Shown here in pieces: positions 16,294 to 27,286 of a stretch of DNA of 64,000 bases. The notes below the pieces were generated by a model, which worked only from the letters and a program-made list of their open reading frames with translations, was not told where the DNA came from and did not search any database. The DNA is taken from positions 180,404 to 244,403 of the IMG/VR virus record IMGVR_UViG_3300032782_000001. One strand, given 5' to 3'. The translations under genes and the position numbers were made by a program. The stretch comes from a virus. Numbering within the stretch: the first letter of the stretch is position 1; each line of letters starts with the position of its first letter.

Positions 16294-19200
16294 TCACAGG
16301 AGTACGTACCAGACTTCCACCACGTCAGTGACGATGAGGTTTGGAGCAGTTGGAGGATCTGGGATATACGTCAAGTCTTGATTTGTGATTCCATCAACGG
16401 TGTAATTCAGTCCGTATGCTTGCTTGACACCATTAATCCACATAATAACTGTAGTCGGATCAACGGGCCTAAGACTGAGAGAAAACGCAGTCTGACCATT
16501 GGTAGTCACAGGTAGAGTTTCCTGCTTCACCGAAGTCAAACTAATGTCACTGGACCCAAAGAAAATCGGATTATCGTAAATATTGTTTACGAATACCGGG
16601 GGCTCCGTCGGAATTTGAGTCAGATCAATGTTCCGACGACGCTTCTCCAAGGGACGCCCCCACACTCTGAACCTGTCCACAGCCGTATAACCTTCATTCG
16701 TCCCATTAGCTGAATGGACGACATCAGTATCACGGAAATAAGACGGCATTGCGTGAGTCACGACTATCATCTGCAATTCGAACCCAGCGTGGACTTCAAC
16801 AGAAGAAACCACTTCCGGATGGGATTTCACTAAATACGCCACACCAGCGAGAACCGAACCCGCTTCAATGTTGGGTCGAGCTCGAGGAAGCTTGGCAGAA
16901 ATTACTCCGCCTGGCCACGGCCCGGTAACAGACCAAGCCGCTCCACCACGAGTGGTCTTGAAGTTGACGACATCTGAGAAACTGTTCGTTCCGTCTACCT
17001 TTATGATGGACTCTCCGCCCACACCAGATGTGCCTGATGCATGACCACAGAGGAATTCAGTTCCCTCCCAAGTGGACTGCCCGGAGCCGATCGGAGGATT
17101 GGAGGCCTGGAAAGCAGGGAATGAAAGAGTTCCCATGGGGATGATTCCAACACCGCTTGTACTGCGGGTTTGATAGAGGGACTTACCGACGAAGTCCTTA
17201 TCGCGGAACCAAATTCCGAGCGGAAGATTGACCGTGCATCCTGCAAATTCAGGATGAACATCGCGGTCAAATACCTCAGAAATAGCCAAACGAACCGTAG
17301 AAGGCCTGGCAACAAAACCCCCATCTGGTACAACTACGGGGAATCTTGGGGTGGACCAATCTTCATAACCGGTCCTATTGGCAGAGTACCTGCGGTTCAA
17401 ATCTACAATTGTTCCCGCATAATCAGGCGGCTGGCTGGGATTTTCTACCGTATTGAGCAGAGGAATTGGATTAGATCCTGAAAGCCTTCCGGTGCCAAGA
17501 GAAGTGACAAAATTCCTGGACGCCAGGACTTCAAATCCAGCTTTATTATTGAACGCGAGCGTGTTTACAGGTCCAACAGGATTTGCCTGAATACTATTAG
17601 ACTCGGACAACGCCAGCGGTCCTAACCGATAAACGTCGTCGGAATAAGCGGATTGCGTACCAAAGATATCTCCTTGATACGGAGACCGACTGTAATAAAC
17701 GGTCAGTTCGTTATTGACCGAGTCCACAGACATGGGTGCAGGAGTAATGATCCCGATCTTATTGTCGCCAGTGGAAGTAAAAGTGTTAATCGGAGCTTCA
17801 ATGCTTCCACCACCACTGGTTCTGGCTCCAAGGATCCGACCGTTGGTTTGCAAAAACCCGCGATCGAATCCGAAGAGAGTGCACTCAACCAGGAATTCGG
17901 AGTTATCAAATGTGGTTCCAGATGGAGCCTTCGAGAAATCGATAACATCAGCATTCAAGACGAACGTAATGTCACCGTTGTCTCCAACTTCCAATAGGAA
18001 CGTTGGACCATCAAAGTCATCTTTGAGAAGATTCGTATCTGTTCCGGCTCCTCCTACAAATTTGCGATCAGTGCTAAAAGGAGAAGCCGCTGGCACAGTG
18101 GGATAGGGGCCAGGACCCGTCGTATTCCTCTTGTAAACCCCCGTAATACGAGCAGGACCATAAAATGGAGGGAACTGAATCCCACGGAAAATGCCGCCGC
18201 CTGAACCTGGAATTCGCTTATTTGAGTATTTTTGCCCGAATACTGAAGGCAGTGTTCCAGTTCCATAAGTTTCTCCAACTACAGGAGTTACAATATAATA
18301 ACCAGCCGTACTTGGATAGCTGACCAGGTTCCTATTCCAGTCGGAGCTGTCTACACCTCCAAATGGACCTTCCTTCGACATCATGATGCAGTTAATTCCT
18401 GAAGGAAACACTGCATTCGTAACTGGAACGATAGGTACATGATGCAGACCAGGCCTCGGAAGGAAGGCCATGTCGATTTCAGCGTACCTAGTTGAAACGC
18501 CTACGAAGAACAGGTTGAGAGGGTCTACTACCGTATGAACTGTAGTATTCCCCGCTTGATTCAAATGAGGCATAGCCCCTTGGAAAGTGGGAACAACCCC
18601 ATACCAATTGAGCTGGGAACCATCTCTAACAAGGAGCGCAGGAACTAAAACATTCCTGTAAGGAGCCGCATAGACCGTCTTAGACCCTGGGTCGATCATG
18701 ACCTCAGAAGTTTTAGCAACATCTCTGTTGATCCCGGTTTGAACGTACGGGGAATCACTTAGATATGTAGGAATCATGCGATTCCGATCTGAAAGACCGG
18801 GACGGAGGATAACTTTCGAAGAGTTCGTCGGACTGCCACGATAATGAACAGTGTGTACGTAATCTGGCCTATGAGATAACCCTCGGCCTGCTCCGTACAC
18901 AACTGCAAACTGCACATGCATGACAGTTTTAGTTGCTAAATCTGTGCTGGGAGGCGTCGGAACTGCATCCGTGAACTCTTGTAGTAATGATCCAGGAGTA
19001 TTAGGGCCGAATACCCCAATAATATCAATTACAAGATTCCCAGAACCATCTAATGAAACATTCAGTCCTTGACCATGCTTCAGAATCCTTGCACCCAAAG
19101 TAACCAAATTCGGATTGGTAGAAGTGGGAGAAGTCATTAAAGGAGGCGCAGTGGGAACCCCACCATTGGGGTCCGTCGTCATTCCTTCAAATCTGATTAG

Positions 19201-20952
19201 AACAGCGTCAGGATCCTCGGACGGTAGTACGAATCGGACCTGATCTGAATCAGAAACCGGCATACCTACTTTGAATTCATCCAGACCAATAGTGATTTGA
19301 TCGCCGACATACCACCAAGGCGTCGAACCGTTGAGTCGGAAGCCGGGACCACGACCCGGAGCTGCCGCAGTCCATTCCACATTGACAGTATATGGGCTGA
19401 CTGCTACTTCAATGCTGTCATCAATGGCATTGGAATTAGATGGAACTTGAACCGGGACGTCATACCTTTCAGTAACAACGGCATCCGAGAACATTCTCCG
19501 ATTACCATTGGGTCCATCTAGCCTTGTCAGACCTCCGACAAAGATAGTCCCATCAGTAATCCGATCTCCGTAGAAAACAACAGTGCCAGCAGAATTGGTT
19601 GATCCGTACCTCTTCCACGCCGTACGAAGGTTCCCCTTCATGAGCTGTGTTAGAGCAGTCTCCAACATTGCTTCATAATCGAATTTATCGGCTACAGAAT
19701 GGCGAAGGTCGAGAATGTCGGTGGAAGTGATCTGGTCCGCGAAAAGTCCATCCGGCCGAACAGTGTACAGGATTACTGGAGTCCCTTGCTTATGAGATCG
19801 GACTGTGGTTTGAAGCTGACCACGATCCATTGTAACAACGAAGGATGTAGGACTCGTTTGTGTGATGTTATTAACACGGACAATTTCTTGGTTGATCTTA
19901 AAATATGCTTCACCGAAATTGTTCATCGTGGAGAGCACAGTTCCGGAAATGCTCGTCAACGTGAACTGAACGTCAGTCTCTACGATGTCATTCGGCAACA
20001 GGACTGTGTTAGTGTAGACGGTTGCACCATCACGAGTCGTGGCCTTACTATTCCGGTTGAAGGCACCTGCAAGGTTGCCTACATCTGAAAAACCCGCCCC
20101 ATTCCTTCGGAACACAACGCAAATAGGGATGGCATACGAATATCCATCCACAGTCCCGAAAGTAGTCGGGTCTCCCGACCCAGCCCTCCAAAGACCAGGA
20201 TCTCCCAAGAGCTGCCGCATGTTGGTGAAAGGAACAGCACTAGGGACACTCAGGAGGCCTTGAGCAAATACGAGCGATGGATCGAATCCATCTGGATTCT
20301 GGGCAATGTTGACATTGGTGACAACACGAATTCTATACTGAACCTGAACCCTCTTCGTGGTTTCAAAATTGACATCAGGATCAATCAAATCATCAGGGAG
20401 GAAAGAGAACCCGCCTTCCACATTCCCGAACTTGTAAATGAAACCACGTTGAGGTTTGCCAGGCGCAACGCCAGGAGGCGCCGGATCAACATCGATACGC
20501 GCGAGCCAAGCTTCCAGGAACACAAATTCCGCTTGATTCCCGCCTGTTGAAGTATTCGGTGGGTTTAGTTGAATTCGATTCCAACTATCAACGTTATCCG
20601 CCGCAAGAGGCGGCTGTCCAGTGCGAGTCCCCGTGACAGGAACCGGCCAACCATTTACAATAGCCCATGTAACATCACGAATCTCTTGAGGAGAATTCCT
20701 GCCAAAGTAAAATAGATTAGAATAACTTTGTTGAGTAATGAAGTCTCCCCGAGGGGATGCTTCATTCATGAGCCAACCCGAAGCGACTCGAGATCTAACT
20801 TCCTCCGCTCGGGACTCAAGGTCGATCAGAGCAGCGAGGTTGAGCTCGGAGTCAAGAGGGGGCTTATTTCCCTGGAAGACAACTGCAGCAAGTTGCTTAT
20901 CCCGGTCATCAATGAACCGGGTGACTCCAGGGCCTAGAGGGTTCGGCGGCAT
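16294..20952 (-). CDS. Giant structural (fibre/baseplate) protein; N-terminal ~450 aa paralogous to the 882-aa protein
   Basis: 1552 aa. Shared blocks with 22839-25487: VVFQGNKP, EFVFLEAW, DDLIDP...RVQVQYRIRVV, GTVDGYSYAIPICVVFRRN, RPDGLFADQITSTDILDLR. Confidence 0.75.
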   Translation of the reverse strand: MPPNPLGPGVTRFIDDRDKQLAAVVFQGNKPPLDSELNLAALIDLESRAEEVRSRVASGWLMNEASPRGDFITQQSYSNLFYFGRNSPQEIRDVTWAIVNGWPVPVTGTRTGQPPLAADNVDSWNRIQLNPPNTSTGGNQAEFVFLEAWLARIDVDPAPPGVAPGKPQRGFIYKFGNVEGGFSFLPDDLIDPDVNFETTKRVQVQYRIRVVTNVNIAQNPDGFDPSLVFAQGLLSVPSAVPFTNMRQLLGDPGLWRAGSGDPTTFGTVDGYSYAIPICVVFRRNGAGFSDVGNLAGAFNRNSKATTRDGATVYTNTVLLPNDIVETDVQFTLTSISGTVLSTMNNFGEAYFKINQEIVRVNNITQTSPTSFVVTMDRGQLQTTVRSHKQGTPVILYTVRPDGLFADQITSTDILDLRHSVADKFDYEAMLETALTQLMKGNLRTAWKRYGSTNSAGTVVFYGDRITDGTIFVGGLTRLDGPNGNRRMFSDAVVTERYDVPVQVPSNSNAIDDSIEVAVSPYTVNVEWTAAAPGRGPGFRLNGSTPWWYVGDQITIGLDEFKVGMPVSDSDQVRFVLPSEDPDAVLIRFEGMTTDPNGGVPTAPPLMTSPTSTNPNLVTLGARILKHGQGLNVSLDGSGNLVIDIIGVFGPNTPGSLLQEFTDAVPTPPSTDLATKTVMHVQFAVVYGAGRGLSHRPDYVHTVHYRGSPTNSSKVILRPGLSDRNRMIPTYLSDSPYVQTGINRDVAKTSEVMIDPGSKTVYAAPYRNVLVPALLVRDGSQLNWYGVVPTFQGAMPHLNQAGNTTVHTVVDPLNLFFVGVSTRYAEIDMAFLPRPGLHHVPIVPVTNAVFPSGINCIMMSKEGPFGGVDSSDWNRNLVSYPSTAGYYIVTPVVGETYGTGTLPSVFGQKYSNKRIPGSGGGIFRGIQFPPFYGPARITGVYKRNTTGPGPYPTVPAASPFSTDRKFVGGAGTDTNLLKDDFDGPTFLLEVGDNGDITFVLNADVIDFSKAPSGTTFDNSEFLVECTLFGFDRGFLQTNGRILGARTSGGGSIEAPINTFTSTGDNKIGIITPAPMSVDSVNNELTVYYSRSPYQGDIFGTQSAYSDDVYRLGPLALSESNSIQANPVGPVNTLAFNNKAGFEVLASRNFVTSLGTGRLSGSNPIPLLNTVENPSQPPDYAGTIVDLNRRYSANRTGYEDWSTPRFPVVVPDGGFVARPSTVRLAISEVFDRDVHPEFAGCTVNLPLGIWFRDKDFVGKSLYQTRSTSGVGIIPMGTLSFPAFQASNPPIGSGQSTWEGTEFLCGHASGTSGVGGESIIKVDGTNSFSDVVNFKTTRGGAAWSVTGPWPGGVISAKLPRARPNIEAGSVLAGVAYLVKSHPEVVSSVEVHAGFELQMIVVTHAMPSYFRDTDVVHSANGTNEGYTAVDRFRVWGRPLEKRRRNIDLTQIPTEPPVFVNNIYDNPIFFGSSDISLTSVKQETLPVTTNGQTAFSLSLRPVDPTTVIMWINGVKQAYGLNYTVDGITNQDLTYIPDPPTAPNLIVTDVVEVWYVLL

Positions 20953-21038
20953 CTCAGGTTGACTCCGTCATCTTGACCGTGCTCAAAGAGACGGTCTGCA
21001 TTACCGCCCCATGAACGGCCTACGCCCACCATACCCGG

Positions 21039-21686
21039 TCATTGATAAAGAAACGTCCAGTCAGATAAATACCAAATATGGTTCGGGTCGTTGTTTGTGA
21101 AACGGAGTCTAAAGTTGAAATTTGGACCCCCAGCAAATGGAACCTTCACATCTGGGCTAAGAGTAAAAAGCGTCGAAGTATCAGTGGTATCTCTAACTTC
21201 AGCCAAAAATATGTTCGGATCAAAATCCGTAAACATGCTTGTGACTGTATCCCAGTTGTAAAGAGCTGGAGGCGCAGGAGTGGATGGTGCGTTAGTAGGT
21301 TCCGTCGAAGGAAAAAACAAAAACGCATACCAATGAGCAAAAATCTGCGTAAAAGCGGGAGTTATGGTCAAAATATTAGTTGTGATCCATCCTTGTTGGA
21401 GGATCAAGCTTCTTTTATTAGGACCCACTCCATATCGATACGATTTAGTGGAATCGATATTTGGAGTAGTTAACAATTCGTCATTCAAACCATCTACCAT
21501 CCCCTGAGATTGAATGAAAGCAGTCGTCTTGGCGCTGATGAGATCGGAAACGGAATCTGTAGAAGCTTGGACCCCCACACTGTCAGGGACATCAATAACA
21601 TATCGTCCGGAAATAGAAAAATTTAAAGGCGCCAGGTAAGTGCCTCGAATTTTGTTTGTTTGAGAATCAACCAAAATCTTGGTCAT
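21039..21686 (-). CDS. Hypothetical protein downstream of a fibre gene; positional candidate for a fibre assembly chaperone
   Basis: 215-aa ORF; the fibre gene stop at 21688 lies 1 nt upstream of its start at 21686. No family recognised. Confidence 0.5.
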   Translation of the reverse strand: MTKILVDSQTNKIRGTYLAPLNFSISGRYVIDVPDSVGVQASTDSVSDLISAKTTAFIQSQGMVDGLNDELLTTPNIDSTKSYRYGVGPNKRSLILQQGWITTNILTITPAFTQIFAHWYAFLFFPSTEPTNAPSTPAPPALYNWDTVTSMFTDFDPNIFLAEVRDTTDTSTLFTLSPDVKVPFAGGPNFNFRLRFTNNDPNHIWYLSDWTFLYQ

Positions 21687-21687
21687 A

Positions 21688-22839
21688 TCAATAACCAGCA
21701 GAGAACACTATGACGTTTATTTTACCGGTGCTACTGTTGTAGAAGCCTAACAGCATAGTATGACTGTTGGCACCTGAGCTGACAGTATGGGAAAGCGGTC
21801 CAAAATTGAAAATGGAAGCGAATGACACTGTTCTGCCTCCAGTAGCATCTTGGACAATTTCAATGGCCACCATCTGCCCATTGGCCATATTGACGGCACC
21901 GATAGTTGTTGAAGCTTGATCTAGTATGAACCGATGGAAGTTGCTCTGTGCACCATCAGCGTTAGGGAATCCAAATGCTGCAGAAGAATTTTGAGTATAA
22001 GGGACGGTCCACATCCCCATCTTATTAACTTCAATTCCAGATACTGAAGTCGAGAACCCGCCGATATATCCCATATACATGTACGAAGTTGCAGCATCGC
22101 GCGGGGTATCTCCAATTCCATAAAAGCCCATCTGGATGTACCCGTTAATACCTCCTGAACTAATCATGTCAATACTGCCACGAGTGGCGCCGAATTTCTG
22201 GACCTTGATTTCCGCGTATGGAAATGAATCATCGCCAGCGAAAATATCAACGAACGGGTTGGCATTATTCTCACTAATATTGACTCGACCATGAGTCGTG
22301 GGAGTAGAGCCAATCAAATTAATGTCAAATTCTGGATGAGTAGATGTTTCTTCGGTTCCAATAGTGGCGTAGGTTTTCCCTGAAACATTGATTGTTGCCT
22401 GACCGGTTCCGTCATAAGCCCAAACCGTTGCATCAGCACCACCACCACTTACGGTTTGCCACGTAGCGGATCCGGCACCCGTTACGACTAGAGCTTTCCC
22501 AACATCGCCACCGGCCGTTACTGGGATGGTAGTACCATTGATTTTTATGACCGTCTGATTTGTATTGCTGCCGGAAAGATCTCCACCAGCTGTAAAACCA
22601 GTGGCAGTTTGCCAAGCTGCAGCTCCTGCCCCGGTAACAGTCAGCGCTTTCCCAACATCAGGTGCAGAGGTCGTAGGGACGGTTGTTCCGTTAATCTTGA
22701 GGACGTTGGGATTGGGGTAAGAACCACCAAGATCACCTCCAGCTGACCCAGTCACGGCCCCCGGAGGACCTTGAGGACCCGGGGGCCCAATAAGAAGTCC
22801 TAGATTGGCGGAAAGCCCATTGGAAACGGGAAGAGGCAT
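21688..22839 (-). CDS. Tail fibre protein with short collagen triplet run and tandem fibre repeats
   Basis: GPPGPQGPPG, then repeated GGDLxGSxxNxxVxKINGTTxP...GKALxVTGAGxAxWQT units typical of phage fibre shafts. Confidence 0.75.
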   Translation of the reverse strand: MPLPVSNGLSANLGLLIGPPGPQGPPGAVTGSAGGDLGGSYPNPNVLKINGTTVPTTSAPDVGKALTVTGAGAAAWQTATGFTAGGDLSGSNTNQTVIKINGTTIPVTAGGDVGKALVVTGAGSATWQTVSGGGADATVWAYDGTGQATINVSGKTYATIGTEETSTHPEFDINLIGSTPTTHGRVNISENNANPFVDIFAGDDSFPYAEIKVQKFGATRGSIDMISSGGINGYIQMGFYGIGDTPRDAATSYMYMGYIGGFSTSVSGIEVNKMGMWTVPYTQNSSAAFGFPNADGAQSNFHRFILDQASTTIGAVNMANGQMVAIEIVQDATGGRTVSFASIFNFGPLSHTVSSGANSHTMLLGFYNSSTGKINVIVFSAGY

Positions 22840-25487
22840 TATGGATTACTCCTCTTCGGATTCATGAGATTACCGCGGACTTTGTATACTGCTGCGCAAG
22901 TATCTCCGGGAGTAGAAGTCAAACTCACACTGTTTTGATTGTCATACTCCAACCACCTAGTCACAATCACTAGAACAAGAGTTCCTTTGCGACCAATGGA
23001 TGGGAAATCCTGCCTTAGCTCCATGAGGACTGGCAACACAACCTTATGTCGTTGATTATTTGCCAAAGGAGGGCCATATGCAATTGGTGAATAAATAGGA
23101 GTAAGTCCGTTATCAGATTTCGGCCAGAAATTCCGGTTATCTCCGTCGACTGTTGTGTCCAGTCCACTGCTGTATAGAGTAACTTGGCCGGGACTAGGAG
23201 AATATGGAACGTTGGCTACCACTTGCACGAAACCGGTATTAATCCCGAACCCGATCATCGTGATGGAATTTGGGGTATCAAGCCGGCTCTCCGGATAATT
23301 CCCGGACGGCAGAAGTCCTACCGGAATTTGAGAACTAGCAGCAGCGTACGGAAATCCAGCATCCGGAGAACCGGAGCCATTTGTAATAACGTATAAACTC
23401 TTCCCAATCTTTCGAGGTGTAATACTGAGAGTCTGACTCCCCGCCGGAACGGGAAGGGATTGAATAGCAGCTGACTGATAAAACAATTGGAAAGAGTCAA
23501 ATGGAGCTGCAGCTACTGGAGGGAGAGCTCTGATAGCTTTGTATGTAACCGTGACTGCTGATCCTGCAGGAATCGTAATGGCGCCTGTCAAAATGATCAC
23601 GGAATGCATGAGAGAAAAATAATTTGTGGTGTTATAGATAGGATTAACACCATCATTAATTGTAACTGGGTCACCATTAAGCCTCTCCCAAACGAATAAG
23701 ATGTTCCCTTCTGCTGTGTAGAAGGTATTCGTCTGAGTAACAGAAGTCATCTGGACTGCCAATTCTCGATGACCTGGGTCTATCCACCAGCTAGTGGTAG
23801 GAAGACTAGACCTGTTGGGATCGGAAGTGGCCGTCCACCCAGTTTGATCAATCCACGCTGGTGCTCCAACAGGAGACATCCAGAATTGGTAAGCACTCAG
23901 CATATTCCGGTTGACACCATTGTCTGCCGGGTATTCGATTACAAGATCTGCGTATACGGTTACATTGGAAATCGGAACATCAAATGTGATTGTGACTTCA
24001 TCAATAGCAGGACCAACTGCCACATGGAAATTCATCGACGTGACGAGAGGACTACCAATGCTCAAAGCCCAATGATCCGTATGGGCCGTTGTGTCCGTAA
24101 TACGGACTGATAGAACTGTGACTATATTTGTCCCCGTAGGACTCAAAGACAAGAGGTTAACAGGGGACGAATCCCAAGATAAAGTAATGGCAGATAAATT
24201 AAAACTGACAGTTGAAGTAGCTCCAACGACATCATGCTTAGCGACAATCGATTCACTGTAGCTTCTATCGGTGAAATATCGGCGAACAGAGTCCGAAGTC
24301 CCAATATGGTTTCCGACCCCGATAGACGCTTTAGCGAAAATAGAAGTCCCACCTGGACCTGTTGCAGTAATTTCTTGATGAGTAGTCATGGTGTTATCGA
24401 AGACCTGTTGAAGGGCCTTCTCCATGACTTCTTCCCAAGAATTAGTCACACCTTTACGAAGATCCAGGATATCCGAAGCAACTATTTGATCAGCATAAAG
24501 ACCATCCGGTCGACCGGAAACACCCGAAGCCATCAAACCAGCTCCATTCATATTGGAGCTTCGTTGGAAAGCCGAGCTGTTTCTTCGGAAAACAGCACAA
24601 ATGGGGATCGCGTATATGAAACCGTCGACGGTCCCAAGAGTTGTTACAGACCCCGGAGTCCCATTGCCAGCCACCCACAAACCTGCATCAACCGTAGATG
24701 GAATATAATTGAATGCAGTCACATTTCCATCTACGGTTGATCCACCGAGATACGGAACTGTGTTAGCAAACAGAGCAGGAGAATCTAGTCCATCCGGATA
24801 AGTGGACAAATCAATTCCTGATACAACCCGATAGCGATATTGAATTTGGACTCGGCGAGTCGTTTCCATGATGGGAACGGTCATTGCCGCAAAATTGGGA
24901 TCGATAAGATCATCAGCAAGATTTTCGTTCCCTGGTGGGAACGAATCTGATGCTTTAGCATTCCCGTACCTCAGAATTTGACCAGTCGGACTTTTGTTAT
25001 CTGGGATTCCGGGCGATACGAGAGCTCGCCAAACTTCAAGAAAAACAAAATCTGTCCGAGTCGTGTTCGCCCCCACCGGAGGTGCCGGGAGCTGAAGGAG
25101 ATTCACGCCAATGGTTGCACTGGCGGTGAGATCAAATCTCACCAACCAACCATTAACGTTCAGATCTGCAGCTGCTAGTTGGAATTGATTGGCAGTAGTT
25201 GCAGCGGGAGGATCCGGTGTTAAGAAGGAATATGAACCAGTTTCATCGGAAGTCTCTAAGAAATCTCCCGTCAGAAAGCACGATGGCATGCTTTTCTGAG
25301 TCAGAAGCCTCTGACCAGAAGCGCCGAAAATTTCGGATTGGAGATTCAGTTCCCAATCGGCAATTGGCTTGTTAGTTTGGAAAACGACCTGTTCAAATGA
25401 ATGGTCCTCAGCCGTGAATTGGCCGCCACCAGGCACGATGGCCTGCGGTTTTTGCGAAACGTTCGGTCCGAGATCCTTGTAGGCCAT
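22839..25487 (-). CDS. Large structural protein, paralogue of the 1552-aa protein over its N-terminal domain
   Basis: 882 aa. Shared motifs VVFQTNKP, DFVFLEVW, RVQIQYRYRVV, GTVDGFIYAIPICAVFRRN, RPDGLYADQIVASDILDLR. SD AGGAAG 4 nt upstream of the ATG. Confidence 0.75.
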   Translation of the reverse strand: MAYKDLGPNVSQKPQAIVPGGGQFTAEDHSFEQVVFQTNKPIADWELNLQSEIFGASGQRLLTQKSMPSCFLTGDFLETSDETGSYSFLTPDPPAATTANQFQLAAADLNVNGWLVRFDLTASATIGVNLLQLPAPPVGANTTRTDFVFLEVWRALVSPGIPDNKSPTGQILRYGNAKASDSFPPGNENLADDLIDPNFAAMTVPIMETTRRVQIQYRYRVVSGIDLSTYPDGLDSPALFANTVPYLGGSTVDGNVTAFNYIPSTVDAGLWVAGNGTPGSVTTLGTVDGFIYAIPICAVFRRNSSAFQRSSNMNGAGLMASGVSGRPDGLYADQIVASDILDLRKGVTNSWEEVMEKALQQVFDNTMTTHQEITATGPGGTSIFAKASIGVGNHIGTSDSVRRYFTDRSYSESIVAKHDVVGATSTVSFNLSAITLSWDSSPVNLLSLSPTGTNIVTVLSVRITDTTAHTDHWALSIGSPLVTSMNFHVAVGPAIDEVTITFDVPISNVTVYADLVIEYPADNGVNRNMLSAYQFWMSPVGAPAWIDQTGWTATSDPNRSSLPTTSWWIDPGHRELAVQMTSVTQTNTFYTAEGNILFVWERLNGDPVTINDGVNPIYNTTNYFSLMHSVIILTGAITIPAGSAVTVTYKAIRALPPVAAAPFDSFQLFYQSAAIQSLPVPAGSQTLSITPRKIGKSLYVITNGSGSPDAGFPYAAASSQIPVGLLPSGNYPESRLDTPNSITMIGFGINTGFVQVVANVPYSPSPGQVTLYSSGLDTTVDGDNRNFWPKSDNGLTPIYSPIAYGPPLANNQRHKVVLPVLMELRQDFPSIGRKGTLVLVIVTRWLEYDNQNSVSLTSTPGDTCAAVYKVRGNLMNPKRSNP

Positions 25488-25611
25488 CCGTCTTCCTACC
25501 CACCGAGGACAATAAGAACTCCCTTCATCCTACCAGACAGGAAGTTCAACTAGCACGATGGGATGGCGCGCAAAAAAGACAAATGCATCGCCAACCGGTC
25601 TTTGATGTTTA

Positions 25612-26271
25612 CTAAAAGGTAAGACGCCAAGTCCAGCTAAGAGTGCTAGTCGGGGGCTTGGATATAGCCGGAAAGGTTACATAATTTACAAGAGTGTCCT
25701 TTCCGACCAAGTTGACTGTTGGATCGTAGGTTCCATTTGGAGGAAGGACAGGATTTGTAACAGACATATTAGTGTCGACGTCGCCCCCAAGGAGCCCCAT
25801 TTCAGTGAGAACGCCGACAGCTTCGGACTCGGAATACGTTGTCGTAAAATCTACAACATTCGTCGGAACACCAGAAATGGCTCCATCTCCATCAATGAAA
25901 CTAGTTGTGGCGATTTGTTTACGTGCCAATTCATTGAAAAGGGACCGTTGAGTATTCGTTGCAGGAGGTGGATTGAGCGGATTCCAGCCAATATCGCCCG
26001 TACCAACGGCCAGAGCGAATACCCCAAAGTTAGGTTCACATTGATGGGCAATTGGGGCCCCAGTTCCCTTCATGAGACGAGCAATCAAGATACTTGCATC
26101 CAATGTCACAACATTCAGTTTGCCGCCTTTGGTAACCCCGGTCTGGGCATCTCGGAGCTCCCAGAAGATCTCACCTTTGATTTTGCAACCGTAATAGTGG
26201 TCATGTAGCAGGGTCTTGAGGACAAAGGAGAATGCGGCATCCTTCGCCTTCTTGAATTTTTGCTGGATCAT
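25612..26271 (-). CDS. Hypothetical structural protein
   Basis: 219-aa ORF with good coding-strand continuity; no family recognised. Confidence 0.5.
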   Translation of the reverse strand: MIQQKFKKAKDAAFSFVLKTLLHDHYYGCKIKGEIFWELRDAQTGVTKGGKLNVVTLDASILIARLMKGTGAPIAHQCEPNFGVFALAVGTGDIGWNPLNPPPATNTQRSLFNELARKQIATTSFIDGDGAISGVPTNVVDFTTTYSESEAVGVLTEMGLLGGDVDTNMSVTNPVLPPNGTYDPTVNLVGKDTLVNYVTFPAISKPPTSTLSWTWRLTF

Positions 26272-26332
26272 CCGGTTCTCCTATCGACCCTACCATCCCA
26301 TGAGTGTCTTAAAAGAAGAACACGTATAAAAA

Positions 26333-27253
26333 TCACTGGAATTTCGCCTTCCTACGGCGTTCTCTTTGTTTGATAGCACTCCTAATTTTCTGTTCTGAAT
26401 AACAAACCCCGCAAATTATATACGGATGTCCGCGTTTCTGGACCTGATGGCATTCATTGATAGGAACTAGGCCATGCTTTCTACAAAACCTTTCTTGCAA
26501 TAGCGCTCGTATGCGCCTCTTTTCTTCATTGATGGCTCGAATCTTAACTTTGGATTCAGTGGACTGTTTCCGTCCCGTATTGGATGATGCTATTCTTTCG
26601 ATAATATGTTGATCACGAGAACCGACGATCGCGCTAATTTTGGCGCAGTGGGCTTCACTCAGTTTCCTACCAAGAAGCGAAGATGCTATTTTCTTCTTGG
26701 TTTCGTATTTATGATGTTTACCGGAAAAAGTCCCATCACACCGAGATTTAACTTCTGGCCTCATCCGCGTTTCTTTAGAAGAATCGGAACGTTTAGAACG
26801 AGATTCAGAAGTTTGGAACGTGGACTTTCTTTTAAACCGGGCTTCAGCAGTCTGAGATAGTTGGTGAATATTTTTTAAATTTTCGAGAGCCTTCTCTCGG
26901 TATTCTATTCGATCCCACGGATTCTTGATCGGATGCGGAACATGAGATCCGCCTTTAACGAGATTGAAACCCTTAGCGGGGTTTCTCGTGTCGTAAAATT
27001 CAATTCGGTCCTCTTCTAAAAGATTAGCCTCTTCTAGAGTATTGCAAAATCCTAGAACTTCATGCGAGAAGGCTTCCTTGCCATACGCACGGATGGCATT
27101 CGCGAAGTGGGAAACGCCCTTCCCGACCTTCGTTCGGTTCGCCGTGTAGACGTGCTGATTCCAGCGCTGAAGAAGCGTCTTCTTCGTCAAACCGACGTAA
27201 CGGCGGCCAGTGGCAGCATGAATGTGGCAATAGACTGTCCAGCGGGATTCCAT
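26333..27253 (-). CDS. Free-standing GIY-YIG homing endonuclease (Seg/I-TevI-like) with NUMOD-type C-terminal DNA-binding repeats
   Basis: WTVYCHIHAATGRRYVGLT...RWNQH...YDTRNPAKGFNL matches the GIY-YIG catalytic core. C-terminal repeats of type GKHHKYETKKKIS and GRKLSEAHCAKIS resemble NUMOD3. Confidence 0.85.
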   Translation of the reverse strand: MESRWTVYCHIHAATGRRYVGLTKKTLLQRWNQHVYTANRTKVGKGVSHFANAIRAYGKEAFSHEVLGFCNTLEEANLLEEDRIEFYDTRNPAKGFNLVKGGSHVPHPIKNPWDRIEYREKALENLKNIHQLSQTAEARFKRKSTFQTSESRSKRSDSSKETRMRPEVKSRCDGTFSGKHHKYETKKKIASSLLGRKLSEAHCAKISAIVGSRDQHIIERIASSNTGRKQSTESKVKIRAINEEKRRIRALLQERFCRKHGLVPINECHQVQKRGHPYIICGVCYSEQKIRSAIKQRERRRKAKFQ

Positions 27254-27286
27254 GGGAAACCCTACCGGATAGCAATCTCAAAGTCG

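Noticed and set aside
17001-18278. Multiple 74-130-aa ORFs on both strands inside the 1552-aa gene
   Set aside because: They are embedded in or antisense to a long ORF with a consistent frame and a clear paralogue. They lack starts with RBS.
25488-25611. Possible terminator (aaagac...gtcttt + T-run) and promoter in the 124-bp gap before the 882-aa gene
   Set aside because: The stem is only 6 bp with a 17-nt loop, and no convincing -35/-10 pair was found. This is too weak to call.
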